This document shows, one piece after another, positions 25,739 to 34,267 of a DNA stretch of 64,000 nt. This DNA is from an uncultured Bacilli bacterium (GTDB taxonomy: Bacteria; Bacillota_I; Bacilli_A; RF39; UBA660), in contig CAKPGL010000002.1 in assembly GCA_934154785.1 (NCBI GenBank), forward strand, positions 1,780-65,779, read 5' to 3'. The notes beneath the pieces are model-generated. The model ran no database searches. It was given only the letters and a program-made list of their open reading frames with translations, and was not told the origin of the DNA. Made by a program: the position numbers and the translations under genes. Positions within the stretch are counted from its first letter, which is position 1; each line of letters starts with the position of its first letter.

Positions 25739-26725
25739 ATGACAACAAAATATAATAATGTATATATAAATGCGACAGGTACAGTAACAGGTCCTTATGA
25801 AGCAAACGGTCCGTTTAGTAAATACTTTGATAGAAGTTATAATGATTTTTATTTTGGTACATCTACTTGGGAACAAGCAGAAAGTAAATTGATTATGGAT
25901 AGTATTGATATATTACTTTTTAAGATAGGCAAAACAAGATTTGATATCGATTTACATATATCAGGTGATCTATTAAATCAAATAGTAGCGTCTAATTATG
26001 CGGCTTCTAATTTAAAAATACCTTATTTAGGAATATATAATGCTTGTGCAACTAGCGTAGAGGGTTTAATAATAGCGTCTAATTTTATTGAGAGTAAACA
26101 AATAACTAATGCAATTGTATCAGTGTCATCACATAATAATGGTGCTGAAAAGCAATTTAGATATCCTGTTGAGTATGGTGGTCCTAAGAGAAAAACAACA
26201 ACATTTACTACCACTGGTGGAGCGAGTGCTTATTTGTCAAGAGAAAAATCCTCTATTAAAGTAGATTCTACTACAGTAGGAATTGTAACAGATTTAGGTA
26301 TAAAAGACGTTTATCATATGGGAGCAGTAATGGCTCCAGCAGCAGCTTCAACCATATATAATCATTTAATTGATTTAGGGAGAACAATTGATTATTATGA
26401 TTTAATTTTAACAGGTGATTTAGGTATTTATGGTAAAGATATATTAAAAGAATATATGAAAACAGAATATAATATAGAATTAAATAATTATGATGATGCA
26501 GCATCTATGATATTTAATATAGATAGAGAACCTGTATATGCTGGTGGTAGTGGTCCAGCTTGTTTACCCTTAATTGCATATTCTTATATATTTGATATGA
26601 TGAAAGAAAAAAAATATAAAAAGGTTTTATTAGTAGCAACAGGTGCGTTAATGAGTCCTACTATGGTTAATCAAAAACTTACTATACCTAGTATTGCTCA
26701 TGCTATTAGTTTGGAGGTAGTATAA
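25739..26725 (+). CDS. spoVAD: stage V sporulation protein AD (thiolase-like)
   Basis: 328 aa with the GIYNACATS active-site-like segment. Positioned between spoVAC and spoVAE. Confidence 0.85.
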   Translation: MTTKYNNVYINATGTVTGPYEANGPFSKYFDRSYNDFYFGTSTWEQAESKLIMDSIDILLFKIGKTRFDIDLHISGDLLNQIVASNYAASNLKIPYLGIYNACATSVEGLIIASNFIESKQITNAIVSVSSHNNGAEKQFRYPVEYGGPKRKTTTFTTTGGASAYLSREKSSIKVDSTTVGIVTDLGIKDVYHMGAVMAPAAASTIYNHLIDLGRTIDYYDLILTGDLGIYGKDILKEYMKTEYNIELNNYDDAASMIFNIDREPVYAGGSGPACLPLIAYSYIFDMMKEKKYKKVLLVATGALMSPTMVNQKLTIPSIAHAISLEVV

Positions 26726-27075
26726 TGATATATGTAAATGCATTTTTGTTTTGTGGTATAGTCTGTGTAATAGGACAGCTAATACTTGATAATACTAAGC
26801 TTACCCCAGGTCATATTACTTCTATGTTTGTTGTATTAGGGGCATTCTTAGATACTTTTAGTTTGTATGATAAAATTATACTTTGGGCTGGTGGAGGAGC
26901 AATGGTACCAATTACTAGTTTTGGTCATCTTCTAATTCATGGTGCTATGGCATCTGCTAGTGAATATGGTTTCATGGGATTATTAATGGGTATGTTTGAT
27001 TTAACAGCATCAGGTATAGCTTCTGCTATTATATTCTCTTTCTTTTTAAGCTTTATATTTAAACCTCAAGATTAA
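26725..27075 (+). CDS. spoVAE: stage V sporulation protein AE (AEb-type)
   Basis: 116-aa membrane protein with CVIGQL..D..KLTP.H, VPITSFG..L.HGAM and IFKP at the C-terminus. Confidence 0.8.
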   Translation: MIYVNAFLFCGIVCVIGQLILDNTKLTPGHITSMFVVLGAFLDTFSLYDKIILWAGGGAMVPITSFGHLLIHGAMASASEYGFMGLLMGMFDLTASGIASAIIFSFFLSFIFKPQD

Positions 27076-27184
27076 AGTTACTAAACAAGCGTAAATTTTT
27101 CTAAACCAGAATTTAGTCTAAAAATTTAAGAATGGAACTTGTAAAGACGTTACTAAAGATAATTTCTATAGTTGTGCTGATAAA

Positions 27185-27212
27185 AAGAATAGTATAAAAA
27201 CTATTCTTTTTT
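27185..27212 (+). terminator. intrinsic terminator after the spoVA genes
   Basis: AAGAATAGT (27185-27193) pairs with ACTATTCTT (27200-27208), followed by a T-run. Confidence 0.6.
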
Positions 27213-27213
27213 G

Positions 27214-27242
27214 TTGCAAACCTATGTTTGTTTTGATATAAT
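27214..27242 (+). promoter_or_regulatory. sigma-A type promoter for priA
   Basis: TTGCAA (27214-27219), 17-nt spacer with TG at -15/-14, TATAAT (27237-27242). Confidence 0.6.
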
Positions 27243-27269
27243 GGTTATAGTTTAAGGAGAGTGAGTAAT

Positions 27270-29444
27270 ATGGTATGTGAAGTTCTGGTAGAAATAAAGG
27301 CTAAGAATATAGATAAGACTTTCACTTATCATATTCCTGATAATTTAAGTAATGATATTTCTATAGGTAAAAGAGTTTTGGTTCCTTTTGGTAATCGGAA
27401 AATAGAAGGCTTTGTATTAAATATATTGGAACATATGGAACTTAATTACCCTTTAAAGGATGTAGCTGAAGTGATTGATGATGAACCAGTTTTAAATAGT
27501 GAATTATTAGAACTTGGGAAATTTATTAGTAAGAAAACGTTATGTAATTTAATTAATTGTTACCAAGTAATGCTACCAACGGCTTTAAAAGCACGTAAAG
27601 GTTTAGAGGTGCCTAAAAAGTATAAAGTTTATTTAAAATTAAATGGAAAAAAAGAAGACATTATTAAAAATATTAAAAATAATAAACAATTAGAAATAAT
27701 AAATATGTTAAGTGAAAAAGAAGTTGAAAAAAAAGTATGTACTGATATATCTGTTTCTTCTGTTAAAACATTATTAGATCATAAATATATTATAGAAGAA
27801 AAAAAAGAAGTATATCGTATCGATGAAGAAGAACAACTAGAAACAAAAAGAAATATTTTAACAGAAGAGCAGGATAACGCAATTAAAAAAATAACTTCTG
27901 CGTTTTATACATTTAAACCATTTTTACTTCATGGTGTAACTGGTAGTGGCAAGACAGAAGTTTATATGAATATAATTGAAAAAGTACTAAATGATAAAAA
28001 AGAAGCCCTAGTATTAGTTCCAGAGATAAGTTTGACTCCGCAGTTTGTAGCAAATTTTAAGAAACGTTTTGGAAATAAAATAGCCATATTACATAGTGGT
28101 TTATCTGATGGTGAAAAATATGATGAATGGCGAAAAATAGTGCGTAAAGAAGTAAGTATAGTAATAGGCGCTAGAAGTGCGGTTTTTGCTCCTCTTACTA
28201 ATTTAGGTATTATCATAGTTGATGAAGAACATTCCGCTACTTACAAGCAAGAAAATAATCCTAGATATAATGCTTTAGATGTATGTTTATATCGTGCTAA
28301 AAGATATAATATTCCTGTTATTTTTGGTAGTGCTACTCCTTCAATTGAAAGTTATACTAGAGCAAAAGAAAATATTTATGAACTAATTGAATTAAAACAT
28401 AGAGTGTTTACAACTTTACCTAAGGTTAAATTAGTTGATATGAAAGATGAAATTCGTAAAGGTAATAAAATATTATGTGAGGAATTAATAGATAAATTAA
28501 ATTATTGTTTAATAAGCAATAAACAAGCTATTATTTTATTAAATAGACGAGGTTTTTCAACAGTACTTACTTGTGGTAGTTGTGGTTATACTATGAAATG
28601 CCCTTATTGTGATATTCCACTTACTTTTCATAAATCTACTAATTCTATGCGTTGCCATTATTGTGGTTATATATCTAAAAAGTTAGAGGCATGCCCAGAA
28701 TGTAAGAGTAAAGAGTTGTCATATTTAGGCATGGGTACTGAAAAATTACAAGAGTGGATAGACAAGAATATTAGTGGTGCTAAAACAATTAGGATGGATG
28801 TTGATACAACGTCTAGAAAAGGTGCTTTGAATAAAATAATAGATAGTTTTAAGAAAAAAGAGTTTAATATTTTAATAGGAACACAAATGATTTCTAAAGG
28901 TTTAGATTTTTCTGATGTTACTTTAGTTGGTGTAGTAAGTGGCGATGCATCTTTAAATATACCAGATTTTCGTAGCGCTGAAAGGACATTCGCTCTTTTA
29001 AATCAAGTGGCTGGTCGTGCAGGGCGTGGCGTTGAACCAGGAGAAGTTATTATACAAGGGTTTAATATAGAACATTATAGTATAGTATGTGCTAGTAAAC
29101 ACGATTATAAAACTTTTTATAATGAAGAAATGAGTATTCGTAAGAAATTAAAGTATCCACCTTACTGTAATATTTGTCTTTTAAGATTAAGTGGTAAGAG
29201 TCAAGAAGAATTATTTAATGAAGCAAATAAAATAGTTAAATATTTAAATACTATAAGTAAAATAATAGTCTTAGGGCCTAGTAATGCTAATGTACCAAAA
29301 ATAAATAATATTTACTATGTAAATGTAATAATTAAGTATAAAAAAATTACTGATATTATAGAACAAATAAAGTTTTTAAAGCAAAAATATTTAACAAACA
29401 ATAAGTTGAACTTGGATATTGATTTTAATCCAAATCAAATATAA
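27270..29444 (+). CDS. priA: primosomal protein N' (replication restart helicase PriA)
   Basis: Walker A GVTGSGKTEVY, DEEH box, Cys-rich zinc region (CGSCGY...CPYCD...CHYCG...CPEC). ATG 27270 lies 9 nt after GGAGA. Confidence 0.9.
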   Translation: MVCEVLVEIKAKNIDKTFTYHIPDNLSNDISIGKRVLVPFGNRKIEGFVLNILEHMELNYPLKDVAEVIDDEPVLNSELLELGKFISKKTLCNLINCYQVMLPTALKARKGLEVPKKYKVYLKLNGKKEDIIKNIKNNKQLEIINMLSEKEVEKKVCTDISVSSVKTLLDHKYIIEEKKEVYRIDEEEQLETKRNILTEEQDNAIKKITSAFYTFKPFLLHGVTGSGKTEVYMNIIEKVLNDKKEALVLVPEISLTPQFVANFKKRFGNKIAILHSGLSDGEKYDEWRKIVRKEVSIVIGARSAVFAPLTNLGIIIVDEEHSATYKQENNPRYNALDVCLYRAKRYNIPVIFGSATPSIESYTRAKENIYELIELKHRVFTTLPKVKLVDMKDEIRKGNKILCEELIDKLNYCLISNKQAIILLNRRGFSTVLTCGSCGYTMKCPYCDIPLTFHKSTNSMRCHYCGYISKKLEACPECKSKELSYLGMGTEKLQEWIDKNISGAKTIRMDVDTTSRKGALNKIIDSFKKKEFNILIGTQMISKGLDFSDVTLVGVVSGDASLNIPDFRSAERTFALLNQVAGRAGRGVEPGEVIIQGFNIEHYSIVCASKHDYKTFYNEEMSIRKKLKYPPYCNICLLRLSGKSQEELFNEANKIVKYLNTISKIIVLGPSNANVPKINNIYYVNVIIKYKKITDIIEQIKFLKQKYLTNNKLNLDIDFNPNQI

Positions 29445-29465
29445 TAAAAATGTAATAATTAAATA

Positions 29466-29495
29466 AATCCTGTTTCTTTATCTAGAAACAGGATT
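29466..29495. terminator. bidirectional intrinsic terminator
   Basis: 12-bp stem AATCCTGTTTCT (29466-29477) pairs with AGAAACAGGATT (29484-29495). Confidence 0.7.
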
Positions 29496-29507
29496 ATATA
29501 TTTTATA

Positions 29508-30196
29508 TTACATTTTTTTCTTTTTATCAAATATTAAATAACTTTTACCATATTCATTTGGTATGCGACTTTCTTTAATAGCAAATGACTCGGTATCTTC
29601 ATGAATTAGTTCTCTAATATATTCTTCCCATTCTTTTAAATTTGGAATATCATATCCTAAATAACCATTTGCAAAATAAGTGAATTCATTAAGAACTAAA
29701 AATAATTCTTTATGATATCTTGTGCTTGTTTAACTAAATCAATTGTTGCCTCACTTGGCATGACTCCTATTAATAGTTCATAATTACTAATATTTGTTTT
29801 AGATGTAAACTTTTCTTTTTTCAAGGTTACATGTTCCATTTTTGAAATTACTAGGTTTGGATCGTAAACAGTGATATTTCCATTTTTGCATCTTTGTTGC
29901 TTTATTGATATATATTTAGCTAAGATTGGATAGCAACCACCTCCAACTTCTAAAATATTATAATTGATATCATGGTTTTTCATTATTTGTTTTATATAAT
30001 ACATATATGTATTTATTTGTCTTGGTAATATTCCTAAACAGGCATATATTTGATTTAATTCACACAGTCTATCTTTTTTATTGATTGCCTCTTCATAATT
30101 ATTGATTATATATTCAAGTAAATTTCTATCATACATTTTTCCATACAATTTTAAATAATTTATAACTTTACTACTTTCTGTTTCTGTTAGTTTCAT
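29508..30196 (-). pseudogene. frameshifted gene (about 229 codons if repaired); N-terminal part has a Rossmann/SAM-MTase-like ILEVGGGCYP motif
   Basis: The 166-codon ORF stops at TAG 29696-29698. A different frame is open from about 29725 down to TAA 29508-29510 (…LVLNEFTYFANGYLGYDIPNLKEWEEY…KKKKM). One extra A in the A5 run (29698-29702) would fuse the two. Confidence 0.5.
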
Positions 30197-30302
30197 CTAA
30201 ATGCCATCTCCTTGTTAGAGTATTTTATATAAAAAGTTTTTATTTGTCAAATTTCATAGGAAAAAATTCTAATATATGATAAAATAAATATTGGTGATAA
30301 CA

Positions 30303-31268
30303 ATGGATTTAAATAATGTAGTTGTTAATAAAGAATTAAAAATAGTATTTATGGGTACTCCAGAATTTAGTGTACCAATCCTAAAAGGATTAATTGATAA
30401 TTATAAGGTGCGTGCTATAGTAACACAACCTGACCATCCTGTTGGTAGGCATGGAGAATTAAGACCTACACCTATTAAGCAAGTGGGAATAGATAATACT
30501 ATTTTGGTATTACAACCAGAAAAAATAAAAAATGATATTCAAAGTATTATTTCTCTGGAACCTGATTTAATTGTTACCTGTGCTTATGGGCAGATACTTC
30601 CTAAGGAAATACTTGATTGCCCGAGATTAGGTTGTATTAATGTTCATGCTTCTTTATTACCAAAACTTCGCGGTGGTGCTCCAATTCATAGAGCAATAAT
30701 AAATGGTTATACTAAGACCGGCATTACAATTATGTATATGGCACCAGGTATGGATGATGGTGATATTATTAGTCAAGAAGAAATAGAGATTACTAATGAT
30801 GAAACTGCTGCTAGTTTACATGATAAGTTAAGTATTTTAGGTAGAGATTTATTATTACGTACTTTACCATCAATTATTAATGGAACTAATACTAGAGCAA
30901 AGCAGGATCCTGCATTAGTTACCTATGGATTTAATATCAAAAGAGAAGATGAAAAAATTGATTTTAATAGGACTAAAAGGGAAATATATAATCAAGTTAG
31001 AGGATTGAATTCTTGGCCTGGAGCGTATTGCATGTTTAATGGAAAAGTATTAAAAGTTTGGGAATGTCGTGAAGGTGAAATTAATAATCCTAAATATATA
31101 AATGGTGAAATAACAAAAATATATGAAGATGGTATTGGGGTTAAAGTATCTAACGGTGAGGTAGTGTTAAAAGTAGTTCAACCTGAAGGAAAAAGTAAAA
31201 TGTCAGCATTGGATTTTGCTCGTGGTATAATGAACAAAGAAAATATCGTAGGAAAAGTTTTAGAATAG
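30303..31268 (+). CDS. fmt: methionyl-tRNA formyltransferase
   Basis: IVFMGTPEFSVP and NVHASLLPKLRGGAPI motifs. ATG 30303 follows GGTGA. Confidence 0.9.
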   Translation: MDLNNVVVNKELKIVFMGTPEFSVPILKGLIDNYKVRAIVTQPDHPVGRHGELRPTPIKQVGIDNTILVLQPEKIKNDIQSIISLEPDLIVTCAYGQILPKEILDCPRLGCINVHASLLPKLRGGAPIHRAIINGYTKTGITIMYMAPGMDDGDIISQEEIEITNDETAASLHDKLSILGRDLLLRTLPSIINGTNTRAKQDPALVTYGFNIKREDEKIDFNRTKREIYNQVRGLNSWPGAYCMFNGKVLKVWECREGEINNPKYINGEITKIYEDGIGVKVSNGEVVLKVVQPEGKSKMSALDFARGIMNKENIVGKVLE

Positions 31269-31269
31269 T

Positions 31270-31893
31270 ATGAAAAAAATAAAAGAGTATTTTATTATAA
31301 TTAAACAACTATGGTCTAATAAGAAAACACGTGCTTGGATTGGTTTAGGTTTTTACTTTATATTCTTTTTAATTCTTGCAGTTTTTATGCGTATTTCACC
31401 AGGATCAAAGGAACCGGCAACATCAACAGAGTATACAAAAACATCTGATATTAAAACGATTATTTCTAATTTAGAAGATTTATCAAGAAAAGACTATAAC
31501 TATAAAATAGTTATTGCGGATATTGAAGTTATTGGAACTGTCGTAAATGGAACAAATTCATTTGATTATTTAGGTAATAACTATATATTTGTATATGATA
31601 AAATATACAAAAGAGTAGATTCTAATTTAGAACTAGTTGATAACTTACTTAATACAGGGATTCCGATAAATTTAATTACTATTGATAAAATCTTAAATTG
31701 TTTACAAAATTTAGATTATAGGTATGATAGTTATATTAATTCTAATTTTGAAGTTATTTATGATGTGCAATCTTCAAAAATGGCGAGTGATTTATTAGAT
31801 ACCATGACAGTTAAATTGTATGGTAAAGACAACGTAACTAATAAAATAGTTATTAGTTATAAAAACAATGATTATGTTTTAAATATATATTAA
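31270..31893 (+). CDS. hypothetical membrane-anchored protein (207 aa)
   Basis: One N-terminal TM helix, then a soluble domain. No recognised motif. Confidence 0.5.
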   Translation: MKKIKEYFIIIKQLWSNKKTRAWIGLGFYFIFFLILAVFMRISPGSKEPATSTEYTKTSDIKTIISNLEDLSRKDYNYKIVIADIEVIGTVVNGTNSFDYLGNNYIFVYDKIYKRVDSNLELVDNLLNTGIPINLITIDKILNCLQNLDYRYDSYINSNFEVIYDVQSSKMASDLLDTMTVKLYGKDNVTNKIVISYKNNDYVLNIY

Positions 31894-31911
31894 GAATAAA
31901 GAGGTGTAAGA

Positions 31912-32217
31912 ATGGATGCTTTTATAGTATTATTAATTATTTGTATTATTGTATTTTGTTTTAAAAGAACGTTTAGTGGATTTGTTTATGCCGTAGGTGC
32001 TTCAGAAATATTATTTCGTTTGTTATATTTTTTACGTATTAGGTTATTTGCAGGAGATGTATCGGCATTCCTAGGTAAGTATTTTCCAGAAAATATTCCC
32101 GCTGTAATTGCTCATTATACAAATGGTGTAATATATGAAATATTAATATGGTTATTTGTAGGAATTATGATAGTATTTGAATTTTATACAATTAGAATAT
32201 TTTTTAAGAAAAGATAA
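31912..32217 (+). CDS. hypothetical small membrane protein (101 aa)
   Basis: RBS AGAGGTG. Three predicted hydrophobic helices. Confidence 0.5.
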   Translation: MDAFIVLLIICIIVFCFKRTFSGFVYAVGASEILFRLLYFLRIRLFAGDVSAFLGKYFPENIPAVIAHYTNGVIYEILIWLFVGIMIVFEFYTIRIFFKKR

Positions 32218-32243
32218 TTTATAATTTGAATAGGGGTAATAGA

Positions 32244-32606
32244 ATGAAAAAAAATAACGGTTTTACTTTAATAGAATTACTTGCAGTAATTGTTGTTATA
32301 GGAATAATTGCTACTATTTGTGGGGTTAGTGTAACATCAACTATTAATAATTCTAAGCAAAATGCTTATAATCAACAGGTCGCTAATATAATTAAAGCTG
32401 CCGAGGAGTGGGCTTTGGAGCATACAGAAGAGTTACCTGAGGAAGTTGGGGCTTCTAAACAGGTAAGTATAAAACAACTTATTGATACTGGAAAGTTATC
32501 AGATTATCCTAAAAATCCCATGAGTGCTAGTGAACCAATGAATGGTTATGTTAAAATTAGTTGTAATGCCAACTGCGCATCTTACAAGTATGAATATATT
32601 AATTAA
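32244..32606 (+). CDS. type IV pilin / ComGC-like pseudopilin with prepilin N-methylation motif
   Basis: KKNNG-FTLIELLAVIVVIGIIA class III signal (G|FTLIE). C-terminal Cys pair (C...C). ATG 32244 preferred over the TTG at 32226. Confidence 0.8.
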   Translation: MKKNNGFTLIELLAVIVVIGIIATICGVSVTSTINNSKQNAYNQQVANIIKAAEEWALEHTEELPEEVGASKQVSIKQLIDTGKLSDYPKNPMSASEPMNGYVKISCNANCASYKYEYIN

Positions 32607-32623
32607 ATAATGTTAATTTTTAG

Positions 32624-32661
32624 ACAAATATATTGTATTTTTATAATATATTTGTTTTTTT
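32624..32661 (+). terminator. intrinsic terminator after the pilin gene
   Basis: ACAAATATATT (32624-32634) pairs with AATATATTTGT (32645-32655), followed by T6. Confidence 0.6.
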
Positions 32662-32776
32662 ATTATTTTTGTGTTATATTATATCACCCGCTTTGACCTA
32701 ATTCGACAGGATTAGAAAAAGTTTTATGTAATAATATGACTTGTGTTTCATATAAATTTAAATAGAGGTGATAATA

Positions 32777-33268
32777 ATGAAAGAAATGAATAAATTAGAA
32801 AATAAAAATGATATACAAACACAAATTATTATAAAGGAAGGCGAAAATATTTATAATTCTCTTAGAAATTCTGATATTAGAGTATACATTGATGGCTTTA
32901 GTGGTAAATTAAGTCTACATGATAAAAGATGTTTATCTTTATATCTAAGTATTTTACAAAATGAAAATTTTTTTAAGGAATTAATGGATAATATGAATTA
33001 TCAAAAGTTTACTAATTTTAGTACTCAGGATACAAATAGTTATCATTATGAAAAAGAGTTTGCGGAATTTACTAAAGTATTTGAGATGGATAATAGTTTA
33101 GAAGTAATGGTTTTATATTTGATTGATTACCCTCTTATTAGACAATTAATATTAAAAGAGGGCTACCAAGTATGGAATATAAAATTAGCAGTATATGATT
33201 ATATTAGCAATAATATTAAAAATGCTATTGGAATTAACAAAAATAATCAAAAAGTATTGACAAAATAA
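32777..33268 (+). CDS. hypothetical protein (163 aa)
   Basis: ATG 32777 follows GAGGTGA. A reverse-orientation Spo0A box TTCGACA lies at 32702-32708 upstream. No recognised domain. Confidence 0.5.
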   Translation: MKEMNKLENKNDIQTQIIIKEGENIYNSLRNSDIRVYIDGFSGKLSLHDKRCLSLYLSILQNENFFKELMDNMNYQKFTNFSTQDTNSYHYEKEFAEFTKVFEMDNSLEVMVLYLIDYPLIRQLILKEGYQVWNIKLAVYDYISNNIKNAIGINKNNQKVLTK

Positions 33269-33285
33269 TGATTTAACTATATAAT
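33257..33285 (+). promoter_or_regulatory. consensus sigma-A promoter of the infC-rpmI-rplT operon
   Basis: TTGACA (33257-33262), 17-nt spacer, TATAAT (33280-33285). It overlaps the last codons of the upstream ORF. Confidence 0.7.
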
Positions 33286-33291
33286 CTAATA

Positions 33292-33505
33292 CGTACAAAG
33301 AGGAAAGCAGGTATTCACACCTCACCTGAAGACTTAAGTCTTGGGTATAATGCCAATATTTAGATATATTTAATTAATATATTTTGTTGGATTAAAGTGA
33401 ATACTATGCGTATTCACTTTTTATATTGTGTTTTCTTCAAAGTTATAATAGTTTGAAGAAGTAAGAATAGAAAGAAAAAACAAATCAATTTAATTGATTT
33501 AGTTC
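33292..33505 (+). promoter_or_regulatory. ribosomal protein L20 leader (transcription attenuator) upstream of infC
   Basis: Structured leader of about 210 nt at the position known from Bacillus. Terminator AAAGTGAATA (33394-33403) pairs with TATTCACTTT (33411-33420), followed by a T-run. A further hairpin lies at 33431-33460. Confidence 0.55.
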
Positions 33506-33520
33506 TTGGAGGTGTTATTT

Positions 33521-34051
33521 ATAGCTAGTAAGGAAAAAGTATTGTTTGTAAATGAGCAAATACGTGCAAAGGAAGTAATGGTAATTGGCCCAAATGGAGA
33601 ACAACTTGGAGTAAAAGCTATCAAAGATGCTTTGACGCTTGCTGAGTATGCAGGATTTGATTTAGTATTAATTAATCCATCTGCTAATCCACAAGTTTGC
33701 AAAATTATGGATTATAATAAATTCAAATATGAAACAAAGAAACGTCAAAAAGAAAATATCAAAAAGCAACGTGAAACAAATTTAGAAATGAAAGAATATC
33801 GTTTATCTGTTGTAATTGATGTTCACGATTTTAATACTCGTGTAGTAAATGCTAGTAAGTATTTAGAAAAAGGTCACAAGATTAAAGTTAGTATTCGTTT
33901 TAAAGGTAGAGAACTGGCACATCCAGAATTGGGTCGCGATGTATTGCTTCGTTTTGCTGAAACTGTTAGCAACATTGCTGAAATAGAGCAAAAACCGACT
34001 TTAGAAGGACGCTTTATGACAATGATATTAATGCCAAAGAAAGAAAAATAG
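33521..34051 (+). CDS. infC: translation initiation factor IF-3 (probable non-AUG ATA start)
   Basis: INEQIRAKEV.VIGPNGEQLGV and the C-terminal IF3 domain. GGAGGTG (33508-33514) lies 6 nt before the in-frame ATA at 33521. No ATG or GTG is suitably placed. Confidence 0.9.
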   Translation: MASKEKVLFVNEQIRAKEVMVIGPNGEQLGVKAIKDALTLAEYAGFDLVLINPSANPQVCKIMDYNKFKYETKKRQKENIKKQRETNLEMKEYRLSVVIDVHDFNTRVVNASKYLEKGHKIKVSIRFKGRELAHPELGRDVLLRFAETVSNIAEIEQKPTLEGRFMTMILMPKKEK

Positions 34052-34063
34052 GAGGAAATAATT

Positions 34064-34252
34064 ATGCCAAAAATGAAAACACATAAAGGTACTGCAAAAG
34101 TATGTAAAGTTAGACCAGATGGAACAGTAAAGATTGGTCATCCAGGTACTAGACACAATACAGGAAAGAAAAACGCTGCTTCAAATAGATGTGGTAGATC
34201 TGCATCATTATTAAGCAAGAGTGATTACAAAAGAATCAAAGATTTAATATAA
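34064..34252 (+). CDS. rpmI: 50S ribosomal protein L35
   Basis: MPKMKTHKG..K; 62 aa. Sits between infC and rplT. RBS AGGAGG. Confidence 0.9.
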   Translation: MPKMKTHKGTAKVCKVRPDGTVKIGHPGTRHNTGKKNAASNRCGRSASLLSKSDYKRIKDLI

Positions 34253-34267
34253 TAGGAGGAATTAAAC

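Noticed and set aside
27132-27197. 21-codon hydrophobic ORF (MELVKTLLKIISIVVLIKRIV) between spoVAE and the terminator. I considered it as a possible type I toxin or small membrane peptide.
   Set aside because: It has no convincing RBS or separate promoter, and it overlaps the spoVA terminator stem. In AT-rich DNA it is indistinguishable from chance.
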